Origin: Halodesulfurarchaeum sp.
Lineage (GTDB): Archaea > Halobacteriota > Halobacteria > Halobacteriales > Halobacteriaceae
Assembly: GCA_034520565.1 (NCBI GenBank)
Contig: JAXHNL010000002.1
Span: 992,001 to 1,056,000, forward strand
Reading direction: 5' to 3'
Length of the DNA: 64,000 bases
Position 1 is the first letter of the stretch, and the number at the start of each line of letters is the position of its first letter. Below, piece by piece: positions 1-13,675 of this stretch. Made by a program: the position numbers and the translations under genes. The notes beneath the pieces were generated by a model. The model was not told the origin of the DNA, did not search any database, and saw only the letters and a list, made by a program, of their open reading frames with translations.

Positions 1-213
1 CGCGACCGGCAGCCGTCCGGATCGGAACTCGTTCGGTCCGGTCGATCCGGGCACCGCTCGTCACGAGTGCCGCGACCGCTTCGTCGATGGGCGTCGATCC
101 CCCGTCCGACACGGGGCCCGTGAATCCGTTCATGAACTGAGTTGGAGGGCGATCGCCAAAACAGGCGGGGGGAGAGCCACATGGCTTTCACGGTGGGGCC
201 CGTCTGTCGGGGT

Positions 214-1203
214 ATGACCGAGGTTCTGTACCTGTCGAGCGGGGACGTTTCCGGGATCGCCGAGCCGGCAGCATTTGTCGAGACGGTTCGCGACGCCTAC
301 CGCCAGCGCGGCGAGGGCGCGCCGGCGGAGCCACGAACCGTCCTCAAGCGTGAGGATCCGGCGGGGATGTTGACCGCCTACGCCGCCAGTCTCCCGGAGA
401 CCGGGGCGATGGGCGGGTACATGTACAGTGCCGGGTTCGGGGCGGGGGACGCCTGGTTCGTCACGCCACTTTTCGATGCGGACTCGGGGCAACTCCTCGC
501 GGTCCTCGATGGAGCGAGCATGAACCCGTTCAAAACCGGCGCCGCGGGAGCGGTGGGTGTCGACGCGCTCGCCCGGGATGACGCAAGCGTTCTCGCCGTC
601 ATCGGCAGTGGGACCCAGGCCCGGGGCCAACTCCGGGCGACGGCGACAGTCCGGGACCTCGACGAAGTCCGGGTGTTCTCGCCAACCCCGGAAAACCGCG
701 AGGCCTTCGCCGAGGAGATGGCCGCCGAACTCGACCTGCGGGTCGACCCGGTCCGGAGTGCCGAGACCGCGATCGAGGGGGCCGATATCGTCATCACGGC
801 CACGAACGCCGGGGAACCGGTCTTCGACGGCTCGCTGCTCGAACCGGGGACCCACGTCACCGCCATGGGCCAGTACGACCCCGACCGATTCGAACTCGAC
901 CCGACCACGATCGAGCGTGCCGTATACGTCCCGGACCTGACTGCCCGGCTCACCCAGGATGCTGGGGCCTACATGAACGCCGTCGAGACGGGCGCGATCG
1001 ACGCCGATCACGTCCACGCCGAACTCGGCGACGTGGTCGCCGGCCGAGCGCCGGGTCGAACTGATCCGGACCAGATCACGGTCTTCGACAGCGGTGGGAC
1101 CGGTATCGAGACCGTGGCAGTGGGATACCTCCTCTACGAGCGGGCCCAGGAGGCCGATTTGGGAACCACCATCGAGTTCTCCCCGGCGAGCGAGGCGTTC
1201 TGA
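214..1203 (+). CDS. Ornithine cyclodeaminase / archaeal alanine dehydrogenase (mu-crystallin) family protein
   Basis: ORF with Rossmann GSGTQARGQ and C-terminal DSGGTGIE motifs; start trimmed to ATG at 214. Confidence 0.85.
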   Translation: MTEVLYLSSGDVSGIAEPAAFVETVRDAYRQRGEGAPAEPRTVLKREDPAGMLTAYAASLPETGAMGGYMYSAGFGAGDAWFVTPLFDADSGQLLAVLDGASMNPFKTGAAGAVGVDALARDDASVLAVIGSGTQARGQLRATATVRDLDEVRVFSPTPENREAFAEEMAAELDLRVDPVRSAETAIEGADIVITATNAGEPVFDGSLLEPGTHVTAMGQYDPDRFELDPTTIERAVYVPDLTARLTQDAGAYMNAVETGAIDADHVHAELGDVVAGRAPGRTDPDQITVFDSGGTGIETVAVGYLLYERAQEADLGTTIEFSPASEAF

Positions 1204-1280
1204 AACTCGGGATCCCATCGGAGTGCTTCGAACCCGAACCGATCCCGGGAGCACTTAGTTCCCGAACCCGAGTTCGGCGT

Positions 1281-2342
1281 ATGGACGTCCCACCGTTCGA
1301 ACTCGAACGCTGGTTCGCGGAATACGAGTTCGATGCCGACATCATGCTCGCGGAATCGGGGATCAGGAGCCTGCCGGCGGACCGATTCGACCTCGATCCA
1401 GGGAAACTCGGCTACGTCATTCCGACGAACGGGGACCCCGATCTCCGGGCCGAAATTGGACGACGCTACGGTCGAACCCGGGCGGAGGTGCTGCTCACGG
1501 TCGGGACACAGGAGGCGAATTACACGCTCTACCGCTCGCTCCTCGATCGAGGCGATCACGCGGTCGTGATCACGCCGACCTACCAGGCGCTTCGGACGGT
1601 CCCAGAAACCGTCGCTTCGGTCTCGACCGTCGACCTCGAACCACCCGAGTGGGCCCTCGACCTGGACGCCGTGGCCGACGCGATCCGGCCCGAAACCCGG
1701 CTCATCGTCGTCAACAACCCGAACAATCCGACCGGCCGGTATCACGACCCGGCGACGATCGAGGCCCTCTACGACCTCGCTGCTGACAACGACGCCTATT
1801 TGCACGCCGACGAGGTGTACCGCCTCCTCTCGCCCGATCCGAATCCGCCAGTCGCCTCGCTGGGCGAGCGGGGAATCAGTACGGCGGGGCTCACGAAGGC
1901 CTACGGACTCGCCGGCCTCCGATTCGGCTGGCTCGTCGGTGCCGAAGACGTGGTCGAGAACGCCTGGCAGTGGAAGGACTACACCACCATCTCGCCGACC
2001 AAGATCGGCCAGCACGTTGCAAAACAGGCCCTCGGCGAACAGGAGGCCGACATTCTGGCGGAGAACCGCACCCTCGCCGCACGGAACCGCGATATCGTCC
2101 GGCAGTTCCTTGCCGACCACGACCTCGACTGGGACGATCCGGTCGGCGTCAACGGGTTCGTCGAGGTCCCACCGGGATTCGGCGGGTCGAAGGCGTTCTG
2201 CCGTGAGTTCGTCGAGCAGGAGTCGGTGGTGCTGGCGCCGGGCGCGACCTTCGGGTTCGACGACTACTTCCGGATCGGCTTCGGGTTGCCGACCGCCGAG
2301 CTGGAAGAAGGATTGGATCGCCTGGGCTCGTTCATGGGATAG
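1281..2342 (+). CDS. PLP-dependent aminotransferase class I/II
   Basis: NNPNNPTG, DEVY and TKAYGLAGLRFGW motifs. Confidence 0.9.
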   Translation: MDVPPFELERWFAEYEFDADIMLAESGIRSLPADRFDLDPGKLGYVIPTNGDPDLRAEIGRRYGRTRAEVLLTVGTQEANYTLYRSLLDRGDHAVVITPTYQALRTVPETVASVSTVDLEPPEWALDLDAVADAIRPETRLIVVNNPNNPTGRYHDPATIEALYDLAADNDAYLHADEVYRLLSPDPNPPVASLGERGISTAGLTKAYGLAGLRFGWLVGAEDVVENAWQWKDYTTISPTKIGQHVAKQALGEQEADILAENRTLAARNRDIVRQFLADHDLDWDDPVGVNGFVEVPPGFGGSKAFCREFVEQESVVLAPGATFGFDDYFRIGFGLPTAELEEGLDRLGSFMG

Positions 2343-2384
2343 GGGCTCTGGATTCGGGACGGTTCACGTGGTTTCGGTTCGCAC

Positions 2385-2759
2385 TCACCCATTCTCCCAC
2401 TCGCCGCCGACCCGGTCGACGCCCATCATCGACTCCCCCGGGTGTTCGGTGAAAACGACCTTCATGTTCTCCTCGGGAATATCGAACGCGGCTCCGGCGT
2501 GTTCCATGACTGCGAGGGCAAACCCTCGCTTGCGTTCGAACGATCGACCGCGTCGAATGTCGGCGTCCAGAAAGAGGAGCGGCCCCTCGACGGCTCGACC
2601 CAAGAACATCTCCGCAGCAGCCCGTTCCCGGATCGTCACGGCGACGTGGCCCGCCGTCGTCGCCATCTCCGTCGTGTACAGCTCCGTTGCAGTCTCGGCG
2701 AATGCGGACTTCTCCACAGCGGTCATCTCGACCGTGGTGTCGAACTGGAGCAATGGCAT
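2385..2759 (-). CDS. 4-oxalocrotonate tautomerase family protein
   Basis: Starts MPLLQF (catalytic Pro1); duplicated tautomerase pattern; acidic composition. Confidence 0.7.
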   Translation of the reverse strand: MPLLQFDTTVEMTAVEKSAFAETATELYTTEMATTAGHVAVTIRERAAAEMFLGRAVEGPLLFLDADIRRGRSFERKRGFALAVMEHAGAAFDIPEENMKVVFTEHPGESMMGVDRVGGEWENG

Positions 2760-2852
2760 GGAAGGTGCTATCATGGCACATGCTTAGGTGTTCCGTCGCG
2801 TTGTTGGGCGGTTCCCCGTGGACTTTTCCGGCCTGCCAGCGATTCGGTTCGC

Positions 2853-3323
2853 ATGTCTCGCGGCCGGAATTACGCGGGATCCGCGGTCCTTCTCGGCTCC
2901 CTCGCGCTGATCCACGCCGCCATCTCGTGGCCGGTTCCCGCGACGGTCGCGGTCTTCGGCGGTGGCGCAGTCATCGTCTTCGTTGCTGAAGCGCTCGTGA
3001 GTAAACTGGGCTTGCTCGAACACCACATCGGCCCGAAAGTCGTCGACGTTCCGCTGTACGTCCTTTTTGGCTGGACCGGCACGATCTACGTCGCGCTTCG
3101 GCTCGCCCTGCTGCTCTCTGATGGCTGGTTCGTTGTCGTCCTGACCGGCGTTCTGGCCACGAGCCTCGACGTGCTTTCTGACCCGCGTGGAGTCGGGGAG
3201 GGCTTCTGGACCTACACCGATGACCTCCCGGGTCCCAGGTATCGGGGCGTTCCGTGGTGGAACTTCCTCGGCTGGTTCCTCATCAGCACGCTCACGGCTG
3301 CACTCGGGTTTTGGTTCCTGTAG
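2853..3323 (+). CDS. Carotenoid biosynthesis membrane protein (CruF/DUF422-like)
   Basis: Hydrophobic ORF with DVLSDP and GVPWWNFLGWF motifs. Confidence 0.7.
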   Translation: MSRGRNYAGSAVLLGSLALIHAAISWPVPATVAVFGGGAVIVFVAEALVSKLGLLEHHIGPKVVDVPLYVLFGWTGTIYVALRLALLLSDGWFVVVLTGVLATSLDVLSDPRGVGEGFWTYTDDLPGPRYRGVPWWNFLGWFLISTLTAALGFWFL

Positions 3324-3390
3324 CGGCGGTGCTGATTTTCGAACGACACTCGAGAAATCGAGGGGGCCACCGGTCGCGGGTTCCCAGCCC

Positions 3391-6905
<3,515 letters not shown>

Positions 6906-6926
6906 CAGGCCCGCGAGCATCCGGCC

Positions 6927-7694
6927 ATGCAAACTGCAGCACTGTTCGACCGGCTGGACGAGGAGCTGTCGATCGCGGACTACGCCGAGATCGACGCGAG
7001 CGCGAACGGCCTCCAGCTCGGTACCCGGTCAGGTGACGCCGACCGCGTCGCCTTCGCGGTCGACGGCGTTCTCGCCACCATCGAGGCAGCGGCCGAGTGG
7101 AACGCGGACGTGCTGGTCGTCCACCACGGCCTCTCGTGGGGCGGTATCGAGCGGATCACCGGTCGGACCTACGAGCGGATCGCCGCCCTGATCGAGAACG
7201 ACAGCAGTCTCTACGCGGCCCACCTCCCCCTCGACGCGCACCAGTCCTTCGGCAACGCTGCCGGCCTGGCCGACCTGCTGGACATGGGCAACCGGGCGCC
7301 GTTCGGGAAGCTCGGTCCGGTAACCGTCGGACAGCAGGGCTGGCTCCAGCAACCGATGACGCGGGCGGAACTGCAATCGACGCTCGAGGCGGAACTCGAT
7401 CACGGCGGAGCCGGCGTCGAGGTACTCGGTTTCGGTCCCGAGGAGATCGAAACGGCCGCCATCGTCACGGGGAGTGGCACCGATTGGCTCGACGAGGCGG
7501 CGGCCGCAGACGTCGACGCGTTCATCACCGGCGAAGGGGAGGGAAAACTCTATCACATGGCCAGGGAATCCGGGATGAACGTGTTCCTCGGGGGCCACTA
7601 CGCCACCGAGACCTTCGGCGTCGAGTCGTTGGCCGACCTCGTCGCGGACTGGGGCCCGGAGACGACGGTGATCAGCGAACCGACCGGGCTGTGA
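6927..7694 (+). CDS. Nif3-like dinuclear metal center protein
   Basis: NGLQ, VHHG, HLPLDAH and GHYATETFG motifs. Confidence 0.92.
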   Translation: MQTAALFDRLDEELSIADYAEIDASANGLQLGTRSGDADRVAFAVDGVLATIEAAAEWNADVLVVHHGLSWGGIERITGRTYERIAALIENDSSLYAAHLPLDAHQSFGNAAGLADLLDMGNRAPFGKLGPVTVGQQGWLQQPMTRAELQSTLEAELDHGGAGVEVLGFGPEEIETAAIVTGSGTDWLDEAAAADVDAFITGEGEGKLYHMARESGMNVFLGGHYATETFGVESLADLVADWGPETTVISEPTGL

Positions 7695-7807
7695 GGCCTC
7701 GTCGGAACGGCGTCTGGACCCGTTTCGCCGGGGAGTCGACGCAAACCCCCCAAACAGCCGCTTTCCGAACGCCTATGTGACCGTCTAACGTGCTCGGATC
7801 CGTGTCA

Positions 7808-7930
7808 GTGACTCCCGAAACTGGCCCGACCTGTCCGGCCTGCGACCGGGTGCTGTACAGCCGTCACTGCAAGTACGTCTGTCCGAACCACGGCGTCGTT
7901 TTCGACTGTTCGGACCCGTTCTGGACTTAA
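7808..7930 (+). CDS. Small CPxC zinc-finger microprotein (HVO_2523-like), 40 aa
   Basis: Read manually, below the ORF-track cutoff: VTPETGPTCPACDRVLYSRHCKYVCPNHGVVFDCSDPFWT*. Confidence 0.75.
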   Translation: MTPETGPTCPACDRVLYSRHCKYVCPNHGVVFDCSDPFWT

Positions 7931-8901
7931 AGGTCCTCGAGCACGCCAGCGACGATCAGCGGCAGGACGAGCGTCGCTTCGGCCTCGACGAGCGTGTGGT
8001 TCTTCTCGCCGTCCTTGATCTTGCCCCACGAGACGGCCTCCTTCGGCGGCGCGCCGGAGAGCGAACCGTCCCCCTCCATGCCAGTCGAGACGTAGACCGC
8101 GTAATCCGCACCGCCGCGGAAGAGGTTCGTCATGATCGCCTGGTGTTTCGGGACGCCACCGCCGAGGACGATCAGCCCGGTTTCCTCGGCCAGCAGCCCC
8201 TCGTCGATCAGGGCATCGTAGTCCTCGAGGATCTCGATTCCGACCGCTGGGTCCTCGTTCTGCCGATAGTAGTAGAGGAAGTTCCCGACCTCGGCGTCGG
8301 TGAGTGCCGGGCAATAGACGGGGACGTCGTTCTCGGCGGCCTGGACGAGCACCGAATCCTCGTCGTCCAGCCGCTCGCCGATCTCGCGGGAGAAGGCAGT
8401 CGGGGTTCGAATCTTCTGCTCGGCGAAGAAGTCGGGGAAGAAGTCGTTGAGATACGATTCGAGCCAGACGTAGCGATCCGAGGGGACGAAGATGTTTCCC
8501 AGGCGGTTGATCCCCTGCTCGCGCATCTCGCCCTCGTCGACGTCCCACTCGCCCATCTTGAACGGCTTTTCGGACTTGATGATGTCCTCGGTGATCGACC
8601 CGGAGGTCGTGATCAGCACGTCCACGAGCCCCTCCCGGACCATCGCGGCGACGACCTCTCGCAGCCCGGAGGAGACGATGTTCGAGGTGAGCGTGAGATA
8701 GATGGTCGCGTCCGCGTCCCGCATCTGTTCGATCAGGTCGATGGCGTCGCTGACGGCGCTAGCCTGGAAGCCGGTCGTCGCGTAACTGTCGAGCAGATCG
8801 CCCACGTCGAACTCGCCCCGGAAGTCATAGCCCCGGACGTCGGGGCCGGAGAGATCCGCCTCCGAACCCGGCACGACGTTTTCCTTGGTGTCCTCGGTCA
8901 T
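7927..8901 (-). CDS. dys: Deoxyhypusine synthase
   Basis: TGFQA, SNIVSSGLRE, GGGVPKH and SGAPPKEAVSWGK motifs. Confidence 0.95.
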   Translation of the reverse strand: MTEDTKENVVPGSEADLSGPDVRGYDFRGEFDVGDLLDSYATTGFQASAVSDAIDLIEQMRDADATIYLTLTSNIVSSGLREVVAAMVREGLVDVLITTSGSITEDIIKSEKPFKMGEWDVDEGEMREQGINRLGNIFVPSDRYVWLESYLNDFFPDFFAEQKIRTPTAFSREIGERLDDEDSVLVQAAENDVPVYCPALTDAEVGNFLYYYRQNEDPAVGIEILEDYDALIDEGLLAEETGLIVLGGGVPKHQAIMTNLFRGGADYAVYVSTGMEGDGSLSGAPPKEAVSWGKIKDGEKNHTLVEAEATLVLPLIVAGVLEDL

Positions 8902-9054
8902 AGTGCAAGAGGCGGGACGCGGCGTAAAGAGTCCATCACTTTCGATCCGAGGTTGGATAAACTGGCAAAGTGGAGAGTGCCTGAACCGAGAATTGGGGGC
9001 TGGGCCGGAGATTGGACCGGAGTTTGTTTTTCCCTCCGGGCCGAAGCCGAAGGT

Positions 9055-9126
9055 GGCCGATGACGATCCACCGGGCCGAGCCGGCGTAGGCACCCGGCGA
9101 TGACGAACCCTATGAGTGCCGAGGCC
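9055..9126 (+). ncRNA. Box C/D guide sRNA (sR-tMet type) directing 2'-O-methylation of C34 of elongator pre-tRNA-Met
   Basis: GGCC terminal stem; box C GATGACG (9059-65), D' CCGA (9076-79), C' GATGACG (9099-105), D CCGA (9119-22); guide AACCCTATGAGTG (9106-18) is the exact reverse complement of 60895-60907; the N+5 rule hits C34 (60899). Confidence 0.9.
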
Positions 9127-9292
9127 TCCTAACTGACGTTAGACTAAACGTGCTCTTTGCACAATAGACTAACGCAGTTATAAACCAAAATTACAAACTC
9201 AAATAGTGGCTTCTGACGATAATTACAGGTTATAATATACGCGGTTTCTACAGCTGTTCCAAGACTTCTCTGGTGACGGATGACTCGCCCAT

Positions 9293-9559
9293 TCACTCTG
9301 CTTTTCTTCCTGCACGCAGCAACAGGTCTAACGCCTGTCTACAATCACCGGACTTCTCTGCCACCCGCTCCGAAACCCATTCAACTACATCTTCCGAGAC
9401 CGCACCCGGACGGAACCCCTGCCTCACACGGTCCTCCAAAGTCTGTTGGAGCTGCGGAGCATTGTACGAATTGAACTGGAGTGTTTGACAGTTCAACCGG
9501 CTTCGACTGCGTGGATCTAGCTCCATGTTCTGCGGTGGCTGATTTGAAACCATTACCAA
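9293..9559 (-). pseudogene. Orc1/Cdc6 AAA+ lid fragment
   Basis: LQFNSYNAPQLQQTLEDRV...SGDCRQALDLLLRAG matches the Cdc6 sensor-2/lid region; no Walker A, early stop. Confidence 0.75.
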
Positions 9560-9629
9560 TTCCAGTGAGTTCTGACTCTCCTCATTCCAACTTTAGGTCA
9601 TAGATGACCTCGGTCGGTTCATCCAACTG

Positions 9630-10027
9630 GTCGAACTCGTAGACCAAACACAAGACGAAATCATCCGAGAACAACTGGTCCGCATCAAAGAAGACATGAC
9701 CAGCTACGAAATGGGCCACTACACCGCCGACTAAACGACTTCGTAATGAACCCCACAATCCGCAGAGTCATCGGACCAGGACAATCAGGCATCGACTTCC
9801 GAAAAGCCGCAAACAACTGCAAAATCGTTCTCATCGACATACAGAAAGGAGAAGTCGGAGAAACCGTTTCCCGCCTTGTAGGATCCATATCCATCACCAA
9901 GATCTGGGCAGCAGCACAAAGCCGAGTAACCCAACCCATCGAAAACCGGACACCGTTCTACCTGTACGTCGACGAACTCCAGAATTCGCTGGAGGCCTTC
10001 AGAAAGCAGGTTAAAGATAATCTATGA
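9630..10027 (+). pseudogene. VirD4/TraD-like type IV secretion coupling ATPase fragment
   Basis: IDFRK...KIVLIDIQKGEVGE...PFYLYVDELQN (Walker B); frameshifted upstream and truncated just after Walker B. Confidence 0.65.
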
Positions 10028-11419
10028 GTCTTCGCTTTGTGAAGCGAAATCAGTGATATCGGCGTCGAAGTCTACCGACTCCTTTACCTCTTCTGCGAAG
10101 TCTTCCGTGATTTCCTTCGTGACTCTATCCAGAAGATTATTGAAGAAGATGATTTTCTTGCTCGCTTCTACCTCTGAATGGTAATTTGCTACATTTCCGT
10201 GGAGAATCGGGTTGCGCTCCACGAATAGTTCGTCAACGAAATACTCCGTCATATCCTCATTTAGGTAGTTTTGAACAACGGTTTCCGAAATAAGATCTTT
10301 CACATTGGGAGACTTTATCTCATTTCCTGACGTATTTTTAAGAGACAGATCATCGTAGTCTCGTGGATTGAAGTTCCAGAAGTGGTCGAAATCGGCGTTC
10401 AATAAAATCTCTTCATTTTTGTGCTCCTGAAGATAAGCGGCATATATCCAGACGAACGATTCAATTTGTGGGAGGATTAGATTGATCACTGAGGCATATC
10501 GTTCATCCCTGTAATTGCTGATGACCTCCTTGATTATTCCCTCGCGCTTTTGGAAAAAGGGCACCTTCTGAGTTTCAGAAAAAAGGTTGTCGAGATACCC
10601 CTCACTCTGGACCTCATTAATTAGGTATTCCTCTGGGACTTCCCCCGTGTCTTGCCACTCCCGGTAAAGTAGCCTGTCTTGATGAATCGGAAGATGTGTT
10701 AGCCATTTCAGAGGGAATTCATCGTACTCTTTCTCAGAACTGTATACTGTGGTGTATAGCTCCGGGTTCCAGATTTGAACTGCGTAGTGTTTCTCTTTCG
10801 CTCGTTCATCACCAGAAATCGCCCCGGTTCCCTCCTCAACATCCGACTGTGAGTAGGGGAATGACTTCACCCTCTTTCTGTCTTTTCCTAGCAGATTGAT
10901 TTCAGTCCAGAGATCTTCGTTTGCAGGATCTTCTTTGAAGGGTTGCTTTATTCTCTCCAATATTTCGTCCTTGTTGTCACGATCAGACGCCTGGATGTCC
11001 TGCATCTCCTGATATTTCTCTCCATAGATCTCTCGTTTCCTATCTTCAATCAATTCATCTATCTTTTCTAGAACTGGCTCTGCATTCTCTTCATAGATTG
11101 ACTTCAACTCTTCAGAGACCTCTCCATTGTCGAAATCAGAAACAACCATATCGCAGATCTCAGAACATCTATCCTTGTTTTCTAAATAATAATCAATCTC
11201 CTTATCGGAAACAAGGCTAATCAGCATGATCGTCTGAACCAGATCAACTGCAATCTCTGGATGTTCTTGAAGAAGGCTTTCTTCGACCCATTGATTCTTT
11301 TTCGCCTGGGCTAATACATCCCTTATGAGAGTATCCTGGGAAGCCTGTTCGGCAAAAAATTCTCTCAACGCTTCTTCATCAATATCTTCTTTGTCCAAGT
11401 CATCAGGCAAGTCAGCCAT
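10022..11419 (-). CDS. Acidic helical protein with C-terminal HEPN-like domain (DUF4209-like), putative RNase
   Basis: 465-aa ORF with RBS-like GAGGGG; LILPQIE helix followed by RNPILHG (RxxxxH). Confidence 0.55.
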   Translation of the reverse strand: MADLPDDLDKEDIDEEALREFFAEQASQDTLIRDVLAQAKKNQWVEESLLQEHPEIAVDLVQTIMLISLVSDKEIDYYLENKDRCSEICDMVVSDFDNGEVSEELKSIYEENAEPVLEKIDELIEDRKREIYGEKYQEMQDIQASDRDNKDEILERIKQPFKEDPANEDLWTEINLLGKDRKRVKSFPYSQSDVEEGTGAISGDERAKEKHYAVQIWNPELYTTVYSSEKEYDEFPLKWLTHLPIHQDRLLYREWQDTGEVPEEYLINEVQSEGYLDNLFSETQKVPFFQKREGIIKEVISNYRDERYASVINLILPQIESFVWIYAAYLQEHKNEEILLNADFDHFWNFNPRDYDDLSLKNTSGNEIKSPNVKDLISETVVQNYLNEDMTEYFVDELFVERNPILHGNVANYHSEVEASKKIIFFNNLLDRVTKEITEDFAEEVKESVDFDADITDFASQSEDS

Positions 11420-11445
11420 ATAATCCCCTCATCAAGAAACCGTGA

Positions 11446-13675
11446 TTAATCTTGGCTCAGATAATTTCTCAGAGCTGCGCCCTGACCTACTGCTGATCGG
11501 ATGTCGTGACGGATTTTCAAATTAAAGTGGAACCAGCGGTAGGGCTGTTCCCCGGGTCTTTCTTTTAGATCGGTTCCTTCTACAGAGTCGTAGTAGAGCT
11601 GGTAGTCATCTTCGAACATCTGGTTCATTTCCGCTGAGACGCCGTACTGGAACTGGTTTCCCCAGACCTGTGAAGGAGACATCAGCCAAGGACCGTACCA
11701 GCCCGTACCGTGCTTAGAGGGATAACCGTACTTCTCAGCGGCTGAAGTCGGTAAAGCTCTTCCTGGATGCGTGACTTCTCGAAAATCGGTTACTAGTGTG
11801 TCGAAAAGGCGCGGGAAAGCCCGTTTGAGGTCGTAGCTCAGGCTAAGCCAGCAACCGTACAGCTTCAGGTGCTTGTAGAGGGAACGGTTCAAAGCATCTC
11901 CCCCTCTACTACTCTGGTTTTCCGGCAAGTCGCTGTAGATATCTACCAAGCCTTCCGTGAACTCTCGAAGTAGTTCTCTGTCTCCTCGGTGGAAGAAGAT
12001 TAGGAGAGCGTAGTAGTCCATCATGCTCTCCTCCAGATTTGAGTCGAGTCCCTCGTCCTCCTCGACACAATGCTGATAGTACTGTTCTATGAAATCAAGC
12101 CATTTCTCGTTGATCTGTCTCACCAGTTCTGACTCGAACTCATCCCTAAGCTCGATCTCGTGGGTAACAAGATAGAGTAGTTCCGGGAAAGCACCGTAGG
12201 CAAAGATGTGGTTGCTGCCGAAGTCGTTCGTAAGAATCCGGTGATGAAAGTCAATGTACTCTTCGAGATATTCCTTTGTGACCCGCTCTATCCGTGGGTT
12301 CTCGATACCCTGGATATCTGCTTTCTTGAGCTTCCAGTTGAACGATTTCACGCCGTACAAGGCCGCGTAGATAAGTTGTTCCTGATGGTGTGAGGCCTCA
12401 CTGGTTGCTTCATTGAACCTGCTGGCCAAACCGTCGAAGAAGTCTCGCACCTGCCAATCTTCTACTACAAGTTTCTCGTCGATCAGAAGCTGCACCATCC
12501 TTACGTACTGCCATTGGTACTTGTTCAAGGCCCTTTGGAGAAGCAGTGCAGCGTAGTGCTGCTTGGCATCCGCACAGATATCCGCGATGTCGTCTAAATG
12601 ACTGTTGTAGTAGTCGTAGGTCCTATAGTCTCCATCCTCTAATGCCGCTACTGACACCTCATCGATCTTATCGATGCAGACGTGCCCGACCGAGGTCAGA
12701 TCTAGACCGTAGGCCTTGAAGAACAGATCCTGTATCGAATTCAGAAGTCGGCCTGACATCTGGCTTTGACCTCCCATGTCTCGGTGTTCGACAATCGAGA
12801 GAGCAGTGTCCCCCATAGCTTCTGCAATATCCTCCAGGTACTTCTGACGGGAATCGTCCTCTAAAGCGGTCTTGATCAAGAATTCGTAGTAATCCGCAAT
12901 CTCGTTGATTAAATCATCGTTAGTTATCTCACCGCTAGTCTGCTCCAAATACTGATCTGAGACTTCAGAGATAGAATCCAAAGTAGATTCGAAGACTTCC
13001 CGCTGATCCTTCTCAATAGCCCGTACTCCCTGTAGAAAACAACAGGTGAATATCCTTGACCAAATCGTCGGTAAACTCCTCATCATGCACTGGAACAATA
13101 GGCCTCCAGGTCGAATAGATGTTCCCTGGCTCTATCTTACGCAGCATCCGTTCCGTGACGTAGTCCACAATATTCGATATATTCAGGAAGAAGCCCGCGA
13201 AGAGGATGATCGCTCCAATCAGTAGAACTGCTATAATCGAAAGAGCGTAGCTAACCAAATCAAACGGTGACGTCCAACCCAGGTAAAGGCCGGTCAAGTT
13301 GAAGGCAGAGAACCCGAGTATGAAGGTGAGAATCGCGATAAGATATCTGTCCTTGAATATCAGCAAGGAGAGCTGTGGAGAGTACTCCTGATTCGCGTTC
13401 TGGATCAAGAAAATCACCAATAGGAATATGATGCTCATAAAGTTCAGAATCAAGTTGAGCGACTGACCGAATATAGCAGGATTAGAAATCTCTTGGATAA
13501 CCGGCCCGATCCCGAACGGCCTCCAGACAACCACGACTACAAGTAGAACAAAGATCAGAGCAGAGGCGCGGCACAAGAGTTGGCCATACCGGTAAAGCGA
13601 AGCACTGAACATCCGGCCTAAGCGCCTCCTTGCTCTATATAGCGAGAGTCTGAACCGATCACGAAGCCTCATCAA
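11446..13675 (-). pseudogene. DUF2254-like membrane protein with large helical C-terminal domain, split by a 1-nt frameshift
   Basis: Two overlapping ORFs (13013-13675 with about 4 TM segments; 11446-13098); deleting one base of CCC at 13028-30 joins ...HLLFSTG to VRAIEKD... Confidence 0.6.

Noticed and set aside
8990-9130. 5S rRNA or tRNA at the island left edge
   Set aside because: No cloverleaf or 5S signature; fully explained as a box C/D sRNA
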